Shown: positions 20,390 to 28,344 of the stretch, piece by piece
How the letters are laid out: each line of letters starts with the position of its first letter
How positions within the stretch are numbered: the first letter of the stretch is position 1
Origin: an uncultured virus (IMG/VR IMGVR_UViG_3300032038_000026)
Taxonomy: Duplodnaviria > Heunggongvirae > Uroviricota > Caudoviricetes
Direction: 5' to 3' (one strand)
DNA: 53,970 nt
Virus record (IMG/VR): IMGVR_UViG_3300032038_000026
Translations under genes and position numbers: made by a program
The notes under the pieces: generated by a model
What the model saw: the letters and a program-made list of their open reading frames with translations, nothing else
What the model was told of the DNA's origin: nothing
Databases searched by the model: none

Positions 20390-21307
20390 ATGATGTTTGG
20401 AATTATATTTAGAATTGCTCTCGGTATAGGTAGTTCATACATTGGATGGAAGCTAGGTAAGGAAGTAGCTAAATGGCTTACAAAAAAGCATAATAAAAAG
20501 ATATGGGATGCGAAAAGAGCAAAACTTCTCGATAGGTCAATACGAATACAGGGTAATTATACTGATGTAAAGAAAGTACCTCAAGTTTCTTTTGAAAGAT
20601 TCCTAAAACTTTATGAAGTAAGTCCTGAAAATTGGCTAATTACTGAAGAGGATACTCACGGTTATGATGATTATTTTCCTGTTTATGTAAAATATGATAC
20701 TCAAATTCCTCTTTTTTGGGAAACTGGTGAAGATTTTCAAAAATATAGAGAATGGGTAGAAGAAAAATTCTCCAAAGGCGAGGCCGTACTATATCAACAG
20801 GTGCGCGATGAAAGCATGAAACTTCTTACGAAGTTCATTAAAGAAGATCTTGAAAAGAAACGTAAGCATGCGGAAGAAGAGATAGCAGAACTGGAAGCAC
20901 AGGTTAAGAAAGAATGCGAGCAGACTAAAGAAAGGCAGAAAGAAATTCAACTTACTTTAGAGCCGCAGACTTCAGCTTCGGCTTGGTCAGATACTCCCGA
21001 AGAAGCGATGAAAAAAATAAGAAAATTAGAAATAAATTCTTCTGGAGATGTTGTCATAGAAGAAGAAGTAAAACCTTCTAAAGAGACATCTGTTTCTTAG
21101 AGCGCGGTTGAGCTTTTATCTACTTGTATCCAACCAAATCAATTAGATTATATGCACATATGTAGTGTAAGGGATGAACTTAATCGAATACAAGCTATGA
21201 ATATGCAAGCAGCGCAGGATTATTGGCTCAGTCAATGCCAAAATTCTATTATGAGTCAAGTTCAATATAATAATATTATGCAATCTATTCATCCATTTCA
21301 TTTTTAA
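20390..21307 (+). CDS. Membrane-anchored coiled-coil protein (TAG readthrough at 21098)
   Basis: Frame stays open about 68 codons past the TAG to a TAA just before the next promoter. Confidence 0.65.
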
Positions 21308-21361
21308 AATATTATAGATAAGAAATTTGATTTTTCTTAAAATCTATAGTATAATATATAT

Positions 21362-22090
21362 AGAAAATGAGAAAGAAAACAATATAGTTGGCCACTAGTG
21401 GAAACTTTCTCTTTCATGCGTCCGCACTATCAAGTTCAAATCGACGATAAAAACCAGGAACTTGTGACTTTCGAGATGGTTGTATAGCCCTCATTGGTTT
21501 CAAAAGGCAAACCAAAGATGCCCTATATTGTTGTCGTTTAGGCGTGGTTAGTCCCTACATTAAAAGGAGGAAAACCAGCAACTTTGCAAAGCGGTTTCGC
21601 TTAACCGCCCTGCGGGGAAATAAGCAATTTATTGGTGTAGGATTTATAGACCTACGGTCGGCCAAGAGACGATAAACCCTGGAGAGTTGCCACCTCTCTA
21701 AAAGTTTGGACATGGTGGAAATCCTTATATCTGTGCTGGTAAGCCATGGAGACATCCTAAAGAGTCCCGTTCTTAGACCGGCTACAAGGTCTTTGTCGAA
21801 ATATAGAATAAGATGTAGTTAAAGAGGAGTTTGCGTGAGACGTGAGGGGATGCCCGAAGTAGACGAAACGCAGAGGGTTAGTGGCCTCCAAAGAAGTTGA
21901 CGGACCAAGACTTCTATTTTAAGTAAAGTTGATTGATTGTTTGGGTAACGTACTGAAGAGCGGCGAGAAATCGACAATGTATAGGGGACGTTACTGTTGG
22001 TGAAACCCCAACTCATTATAAGACCTGCTCCAAGGAATGTCTTATAAGTAGCGGTCGTTGATGCCGGTAGATTAAGGGCGGACGTGGGAA
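21362..22090 (+). ncRNA. Large highly structured RNA (about 730 nt), GOLLD/ROOL-like in size and context
   Basis: Own promoter, no credible ORF, long-range pairings tgcgtccgc/gcggacgtg, ccctata..ttgtcg/cgacaa..tataggg, ggccactag/ttagtggcc. Confidence 0.65.
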
Positions 22091-22111
22091 CTACGACAGT
22101 GCCATTTCATA

Positions 22112-22274
22112 AAGACAGTCTAACAGCAAACTTTTTTGCAGGTTTTACCTGCGCTTGATATTAAAAGTAACAAGATGATGACAGAGGTATATTTGTCGTT
22201 CCAAAAATGGTTGAGTTTATTAATTCTAATTTGTAAGACCAGCCGGTAGGTGGATTAAAAGGAATGACTGTCTT
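22112..22274 (+). ncRNA. ACAGCAA stem RNA copy 2
   Basis: aagacagtc/gactgtctt 9-bp stem followed by TAACAGCAAA. Confidence 0.65.
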
Positions 22275-22429
22275 GAAAATTTATTATGAAGCGATATGTG
22301 ACTCAAAGAAGAGCAACAACGCTTTGAAGAGTAAGTTTAAGGTTAGGTGATAAGCTTAACATTAGGGAGTTGTCCACACCAAGCTCTTTATGTTTCTCAC
22401 AGGTGAAAGTTGAAATGAGAATTATATTC

Positions 22430-22506
22430 GCCGCTCTAGCTTAATTGGTCAAAGCCCGTGACTTATAATCGCGAGAGTCTGTGTTCGATTCACAGGGGCG
22501 GCACCA
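22430..22506 (+). tRNA. tRNA-Ile(TAT)
   Basis: Loop ctTATaa, GTTCGAT T loop, ACCA. Confidence 0.88.
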
Positions 22507-22508
22507 TT

Positions 22509-22567
22509 AAGACTTATACAGCAATTTTATTGAAATAGTCTGCTATACTATAATTCAAAAGAGTCTT
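22509..22567 (+). ncRNA. ACAGCAA stem RNA copy 3
   Basis: aagactt/gagtctt stem, ATACAGCAA, internal hairpin atagt-ctGCTat-actat. Confidence 0.65.
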
Positions 22568-22594
22568 GTGAAAAAAATATTAAAGGAGTATTTT

Positions 22595-23788
22595 ATGAGA
22601 CGTTTTATTTCACTAGTTTTATGTTTTCTAATGGTATTTAGTCTATGCGCATGTAGTAAGAGTAGTTAGCCAGAGGTAGTTGAAGTAGAAACACCTATGA
22701 AGGTTGGTTTTATTTATCTCCATAGTGAAACTTCTACTTATGATTTAAACTTTATTAATGCAGCAAAGGAAGCTTGTGAAGCAGCTGGTGTTGAATGTAT
22801 TAATAAACTTAATATCGCCGAAAGTCAAGATTGTTATGAAGCTGCAATTCAGTTGGTGGATATGGGTTGCTCAATTATTTTTGCAGATTCATTTGGACAT
22901 GAAGACTATATGATTCAAGCCGCGAAAGAAAATCCAGAAGTTCAGTTTTGCCATGCAACAGGGACAAAAGCGCACACTGAAAATCTTCCTAATTATCATA
23001 ATGCTTTTGCTTCTATTTATGAAGGCCGTTATCTTGCAGGAATTGCGGCAGGTATGAAGTTAAATGAAATGATTAACGCTGGGGAGTTTGATGCTAATGA
23101 TGCTGTAATTGGTTATGTTGGCGCGCATCCTTATGCTGAAGTTATTTCTGGATATACTTCATTTTTCCTTGGCGCTCGTTCTGTATGTCCAACAGCAACA
23201 ATGAAAGTTGTTTTTACTGGTTCTTGGTATGATGAAGGACTTGAGAAAGAAGCAGCTAATATGTTGATTAATAATGGATGTAAATTAATTAGTCAACATG
23301 CAGATTCGATGGGGGCACCAAGTGCATGTGAAGATGCCGGTGTACCTAATGTGACTTATAATGGTAGTACTGCCAGTATATGCCCAAATACTTATATTAT
23401 TTCTTCTCGTATTAATTGGGTTCCTTATATGACTTATATTATTAATTGTATGAAGAATAATGAACCTATTGATATAGATTGGACAGGTACTATTGCTAAT
23501 GGGGCTGTTGAATTAGCAGAAGTTGGTAAAAATGCCGCTGCAGGTACTGAAGAAGCAATTAAAGCAGCAGAAACTGATATGTTAAATGGGACTTTATTTG
23601 TTTTTGACACAAATAATTGGACTGTTAATGGAGAACATTTAACAGAGTATATGGCAAATGTAGATGATGACCCAAATTTTAAACCTGACACTAATGTAAT
23701 TGAAAATGGTGTATTTTATGAATCAAAATATAGGTCTGCTCCATATTTCGATATAAATATTGATGGTATTGAAATTCTTGGGCAATAA
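22595..23788 (+). CDS. BMP-family ABC transporter substrate-binding lipoprotein
   Basis: Signal peptide with lipobox LCAC joined through one TAG; KVGFIY, FADSFG, YEGRYLAGIAAG, IGYVGA, ISQHADS. Confidence 0.88.
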
Positions 23789-23877
23789 AAACTTGAAAAT
23801 TCCAGAAATATTTGATATAATATATATGTAAGATGAAAAAGACGGTTAAATATAATATAATATTTTAGCTGTCTTAT

Positions 23878-23954
23878 GGCCTTGTAGCTCAGTTGGTTAG
23901 AGCGCATGACTGTTAATCATGATGTCGTGAGTTCGAGTCTCACCGGGGCCTCCA
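23878..23954 (+). tRNA. tRNA-Asn(GTT)
   Basis: Canonical cloverleaf, ctGTTaa. Confidence 0.93.
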
Positions 23955-23957
23955 TAT

Positions 23958-24040
23958 GTCGATGTGGTGGAATGGTAGACACGCGACACTTAGGATGTCG
24001 TGTCTATGACGTGCAGGTTCAAGTCCTGTCATCGACACCA
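23958..24040 (+). tRNA. tRNA-Leu(TAG)
   Basis: Long variable arm, ctTAGga. Confidence 0.92.
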
Positions 24041-24081
24041 ATTAAATATTGAATATTTAAATAAATAGGAGCGATTTAATT

Positions 24082-24699
24082 ATGGCATACATTTATTGTA
24101 TTACTAATGATATAAATAATAAGTAGTATATAGGGAAAACAGAAAAAAGTATTGAAGAGCGTTTTAGAGAACATTGTTCTGATTCTTAGAGACCTCGATG
24201 CGAAAAACGTCCGTTATATGATGCTATGAATAAATACGGAATAGAGCATTTTCATATTAGCCAAATAGAAGAAACAAACGATCCAGATGAAAGAGAAAAA
24301 TATTGGATAGAATATTATGGAACTTTTAAGAATGGATATAATGCTACTATTGGTGGAGATGGAAAGAGATATTTAGATTATGATTTAATTATTGCTTTAT
24401 ATAAAGAATTACATAATACCATTTTAGTTGCAAATTATATTGGTTGTTGCCCTGACTCAGTTAGAAATGTTTTAAGAAATAATAATATAGATATAATTTC
24501 ATTTTAGGAAGTAATTCGTAAAAAATCTAGTAAGATAGTTAAACAATATACAAAAGACACTCATGAACTTGTTAATATATTTCCAAGTATGACAGAAGCT
24601 AGCAATTCATTAAACATTCAAGATGCAAGAAGGCATATAAGTGAATGTTGTAATGGTAAGCGTAAATCTGCATACGGTTATTGTTGGGAATTTGCGTAA
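24082..24699 (+). CDS. GIY-YIG homing endonuclease with C-terminal NUMOD1-like domain (4 TAG)
   Basis: MAYIYCITNDINNK(TAG)YIGKT..; C-terminal FPSMTEA..ISECCNGKRKSAYGYCW. Confidence 0.85.
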
Positions 24700-24703
24700 A
24701 TAT

Positions 24704-24790
24704 CGGCGGGTGGCAGAACTGGTATATGCAGTGGACTTAAAATCCACCGCCCGTGAGGGATTGGGGGTTCGATTCCCCTCCCGCCGACCA
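24704..24790 (+). tRNA. tRNA-Leu(TAA)
   Basis: Long variable arm, ctTAAaa, ACCA. Confidence 0.92.
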
Positions 24791-24897
24791 TCGGCAGTAT
24801 TTTTCTTTTATACATTATAATCATCTTAAACTGCGGCAGCTCAGTTTGAAATAGACGGTCTATATGGCTTTCTATTGTTTACAACTGTCAATTATAT

Positions 24898-24989
24898 GCC
24901 CGTGTACCCAATGTTGGCAAAGGGGACGGTTTGCTAAACCGTTAGGAGCAGTAATGCTTGAGCGTGGTCGGCACACGCCGCGGGCGCCA
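24898..24989 (+). tRNA. tRNA-Ser(GCT), atypical T loop
   Basis: ttGCTaa loop, long variable arm, GCCA. Confidence 0.85.
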
Positions 24990-25072
24990 TACAAACTGTA
25001 ACGGCTCAGTTCCAATCTACCAGTCAAATGGTTAAAGTTTTACAACCGTTAATTTTATGTGAGGTGAGAAAT

Positions 25073-25576
25073 ATGGCAACTCATTTATCCCCTCCATGGG
25101 TAACACTATACCATATGATTTCTAAACTTTTTGAGTATGACCCAGAAGTAAAAGTTGAGCAAGATGAAGAGACATATGCAATTAATTTGTATGTCGAAGA
25201 TCAGCGCAAAGCAGATGCATTAACTAAACTTCTGCCAGCTTCAAAAGAATATGGAAATATTACTGTGGCTATAAATGTTATTCCAGCAAATATAGAGGAA
25301 CCAAGTAAGATTTTGTTATTTCAAGATGCGTTTGAAGGAAATGAAGCAATCTCTTGTTTTTACACTGGATGTGGCCCTACTAAGGACATTAATTATATTG
25401 CCTTCGATCCGATCGTGGTTCAATTCTTTAATGACCAATTAGACGACATCAACGGATTAAAAACTACTCTTTATGCAGATATTGCTAAAGAAGTTTTTGG
25501 TCAGCAAGATGGTATTTATTTCTGCACAGACCCAGCAGATGAATCACTTGAAATTCCTCTAGGAGAGTGGCCTTAA
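25073..25576 (+). CDS. Hypothetical acidic protein
   Basis: GAGGTG SD before MATHLSPPW. Confidence 0.75.
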   Translation: MATHLSPPWVTLYHMISKLFEYDPEVKVEQDEETYAINLYVEDQRKADALTKLLPASKEYGNITVAINVIPANIEEPSKILLFQDAFEGNEAISCFYTGCGPTKDINYIAFDPIVVQFFNDQLDDINGLKTTLYADIAKEVFGQQDGIYFCTDPADESLEIPLGEWP

Positions 25577-25592
25577 TGGTCACTTTCTAAAT

Positions 25593-25682
25593 GCCGCCGT
25601 ACTGTAATGGTAACAGCCTGGTCTTGAAAACCATGAGTAGGTCGAGAGGTCTATGGGGGTTCGAATCCTCCCGGCGGCGCCA
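25593..25682 (+). tRNA. tRNA-Ser(TGA)
   Basis: ctTGAaa loop, long variable arm, GCCA. Confidence 0.9.
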
Positions 25683-25685
25683 CCT

Positions 25686-25761
25686 GCCGGCGTGGCGCAA
25701 TTGGCAGCGCAACGCACTTGTAATGCGTAGGTTCTCGGTTCGAGTCCGAGCGCCGGCTCCA
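25686..25761 (+). tRNA. tRNA-Thr(TGT)
   Basis: acgca-ctTGTaa-tgcgt, CCA. Confidence 0.92.
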
Positions 25762-25872
25762 TCTCCTGGCTGACAAAACTGGTAAAAAGAACCTCTATAT
25801 AAATGCGGTTATTGGGAGATAGTAGAGAATAAAGCAGGGAATATCTACTTATAAAATAAAAGAGGTTATGTT

Positions 25873-26118
25873 ATGAAACTTAAAAATGAAATTGAGATTA
25901 ACGATTTTCTTAATGCAGTAAATAGAGCAAAGCGCCCTGTTTATTTAGTGTCTGTTGAAGGAGACCGTTATAATCTAAAATCTACTCTTTCTCGTTATGT
26001 TGCTATTGCAGAACTTATTAAAGATTATGGGACAGAACTTGAACTCTTTTGTGATGACAAAAATGATGAAAAATACTTTTTTGGATTTTTCTTAAGTCAT
26101 CCAGAGGTTCTTGAATGA
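25873..26118 (+). CDS. Small protein, possibly HPr-like fold
   Basis: FLNAVN..VYLVS.EGDRYNLKS pattern. Confidence 0.55.
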   Translation: MKLKNEIEINDFLNAVNRAKRPVYLVSVEGDRYNLKSTLSRYVAIAELIKDYGTELELFCDDKNDEKYFFGFFLSHPEVLE

Positions 26119-26594
26119 GAATTTTAGTTTTATTTATTGTTATTTCTGCTGTTAATGTTATTTTGTCTACAACACGACAATTATTAACAGTTAATGGTAG
26201 TAAATGGGTAGCCGCGCTATCTTGTGCAATTTATAATGCCTTTAATAATATTTTAGTTATCTATACAGTAGCTGATTTTCCTCTTTGGGAGAAGTGTTTA
26301 ATTACTTTTACATGTAATTTACTTTGTGTTGCTATTGTAAAAAGTGTAGAAGCAAAATATAAACCAATATCTATGTGGAAGATAGAAATGGCATTACCTA
26401 AGATATATTATGTTCAACCAGATAGAATTAGAGATATGATTAAAGAAAAAGATATTGACTGTTTATTTGGAACAGTTGGTAAAAAAGTAATTTTTAATTG
26501 TTATTGTGATACAAAAGAACAAGTTAAGTATTTAAAGAAGATTTGTAAATGGTATAACGGAAAGATGTCTGCCTATGAAAGCGCGCCTCTTTAA
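26115..26594 (+). CDS. Membrane protein
   Basis: Three hydrophobic segments then a soluble domain. Confidence 0.7.
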   Translation: MRILVLFIVISAVNVILSTTRQLLTVNGSKWVAALSCAIYNAFNNILVIYTVADFPLWEKCLITFTCNLLCVAIVKSVEAKYKPISMWKIEMALPKIYYVQPDRIRDMIKEKDIDCLFGTVGKKVIFNCYCDTKEQVKYLKKICKWYNGKMSAYESAPL

Positions 26595-26623
26595 GAGGTT
26601 GCGTTAGGTAGAGAAATAGAAAT

Positions 26624-26700
26624 GTGGGATTGGTGTCTAGCGGCTAGCACGACGGCCTTCCAAGCCGTAAGGGCCAGTTCGAATCTGGTATCTCACTCCA
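26624..26700 (+). tRNA. tRNA-Gly(TCC)
   Basis: ctTCCaa loop, TCCA end. Confidence 0.92.
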
Positions 26701-26704
26701 ATAT

Positions 26705-26780
26705 GCGCTCGTAGCTCAGTTGGCAGAGCACTTGACTTTTAATCAAGGAGTCCGCGGTTCAAGCCCGCGCGGGCGCACCA
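26705..26780 (+). tRNA. tRNA-Lys(TTT)
   Basis: ctTTTaa loop, ACCA. Confidence 0.93.
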
Positions 26781-26835
26781 CTTAAAATTTGAAATCTTTC
26801 AGATTTTATGTTATAATATATATAGAAAGTTGAGA

Positions 26836-26905
26836 GAGACACATACAGCAAATCTTAAAACATATTAGAAACTTTTACTTTCTGCTTGATGTTTTTACGT
26901 GTCTC
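26836..26905 (+). ncRNA. ACAGCAA stem RNA copy 4
   Basis: gagacac/gtgtctc stem, ATACAGCAAA, hairpin agaaa-ctTTTac-tttct; directly after a promoter. Confidence 0.65.
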
Positions 26906-26911
26906 GTATAT

Positions 26912-26987
26912 CCGGGTGTACGCCAACTGGTAGACGGCCACATTTGGGATGTGGAGGCTGGGCGTTCGAACCGCCCCACTCGGACCA
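26912..26987 (+). tRNA. tRNA-Pro(TGG)
   Basis: ttTGGga loop, ACCA. Confidence 0.92.
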
Positions 26988-26990
26988 TTA

Positions 26991-27079
26991 AAGATGCATA
27001 CAGCAAATATTTATGGATATTTATGAATTGAAAATAGACTGTTATGATTTTTGTTTATAAAAATTTATTTTTGCATCTT
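26991..27079 (+). ncRNA. ACAGCAA stem RNA copy 5
   Basis: aagatgca/tgcatctt stem, TACAGCAAA. Confidence 0.65.
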
Positions 27080-27109
27080 GTAATTATTGACAACATTAGA
27101 AAAAAAGAA

Positions 27110-27225
27110 TGGGCACATACAGCAAATCTAAAGATATAATCTTTATGTTACTGGTTCAAGTCCAGTTATGCAAGCATTTTGCGTATTGTTCAATTGGTAG
27201 AACGAAAGAATTTATTATGTGCCTA
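27110..27225 (+). ncRNA. ACAGCAA stem RNA copy 6, YrlA-like permuted tRNA mimic
   Basis: tgggcacat/atgtgccta stem; T arm ctgg-TTCAAGT-ccag, loop-closed stem tatgcaa/ttgcgta, D arm gttc-aattggta-gaac in that order. Confidence 0.75.
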
Positions 27226-27231
27226 GCATAT

Positions 27232-27380
27232 AGGGCCGTAGTGTAATGGTAACACACCGGACTTGGGGCGATGGTGTAAAGAGCACGCAAGGAAAGCAAG
27301 GGCCTTGAAGCATTAGGGCGGTACTAAAGCGCTCCACCATGACTCCGTCGTTGAAGGTTCGAATCCTTCCGGCCCTGCCA
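27232..27380 (+). tRNA. tRNA-Gln(TTG) interrupted by a 75-nt tRNA-like insert (27265-27339)
   Basis: Removing the insert gives cgga-ctTTGac-tccg, the usual Firmicutes tRNA-Gln arm; acceptor agggccg/cggccct, GCCA. Confidence 0.78.
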
Positions 27381-27449
27381 TCGCGGTGCTTACTCTGGGT
27401 TTGACCGCGATAACTCGAACCCATAGAACTAAAAGATTGGAGAATTAAA

Positions 27450-27725
27450 ATGACAAGAACTAAGATTAGACTTGAAACTAACAAGGAAGTTACAGCTTTT
27501 GTCCAGAAACTCAATACAGATGGTAGTATTGATAAGTATATTGTAGAAGATGGCGAAGGTCGTCATCGTGTAGATGCTCGTTCTTATCTCGGTATGCTTT
27601 ATGCTTCTGCAGAATTTGCTGACAACATGTTCCTTGTGAATGAAACTGAAGATGGTAAGTTCCCTTCATTCATTTATAATTTTATGCCGTTGAGTGAAAA
27701 CGACGGTATATCTATTCATAATTAA
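27450..27725 (+). CDS. HPr-like small protein
   Basis: RVDARSYLGML resembles the HPr Ser46 motif VDAKSILG; no clear His15 motif. Confidence 0.6.
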   Translation: MTRTKIRLETNKEVTAFVQKLNTDGSIDKYIVEDGEGRHRVDARSYLGMLYASAEFADNMFLVNETEDGKFPSFIYNFMPLSENDGISIHN

Positions 27726-27726
27726 T

Positions 27727-27912
27727 ATGGATTTTAATAAAAAGTATAACGGTAATAAAAATGCCGCACTTCGAGACGGGCTTCTAATTAGTAAAGAAAT
27801 CGGGCTTTGTATCTGCGGTAAGCCAACAAGATATATCGACATTAATTATGAAGGATATGTATGTTCTGATGAATGTATGTATAAATTAGATACCCAAACT
27901 TTGAATAAATAA
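27727..27912 (+). CDS. Small Cys-containing protein
   Basis: CICG and CSDEC. Confidence 0.5.
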   Translation: MDFNKKYNGNKNAALRDGLLISKEIGLCICGKPTRYIDINYEGYVCSDECMYKLDTQTLNK

Positions 27913-27916
27913 AAAA

Positions 27917-28330
27917 TAGTCGGAGTTGCGCGAGACGGATTTCGGCTTTGTAGAGGAACAAAGTTAACAAAACTCTACCGATCAATTTCAAAATGCTAGG
28001 ATATGAAATTGTGGGATTATATATGTTATGACGACGTGTATGAAAATAGATTGAAAGTAGTTACGTCAAAGGTGATTGTTCCGCCCAGATGATTGTGATA
28101 GGGGTACGATCAACAGCAGAACTAGCGCTGGGGAATGAATGAATACTATATCAATCTTACTAGTAAACTTCGAGGGTGAAAAGTACTTAATACTGGAGGG
28201 TGTCTCAAATTACAGTTACATTTTGAGCGGTTCAAGTAGCGCAAGCGGAGCTTGGAAAGTAGAAGTTTATTAGGACATTTTAGGAGTTTAAAGGATTTTA
28301 CCTCTTGCCTAAGAGGATTCATAATGAGAA
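27917..28330 (+). ncRNA. Unidentified structured RNA (about 410 nt) directly upstream of the DUF2828-like gene
   Basis: ctagtaaacttc/gaagtttattag long-range stem, caatttca/tgaaattg, ctcaaa/tttgag, cctctt/aagagg hairpins; no credible ORF. Confidence 0.55.
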
Positions 28331-28344
28331 AAAGGAGAAATAAA

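Noticed and set aside
25580..25773. Short ORFs over 25580-25773, 27215-27514, 11676-11885 and 23716-23907
   Set aside because: They overlap tRNA genes
27381..27425. HDV-like theta ribozyme after tRNA-Gln or after the suppressor tRNA
   Set aside because: The pseudoknot lacks P3/L3; the suppressor tRNA is followed directly by an SD and ORF
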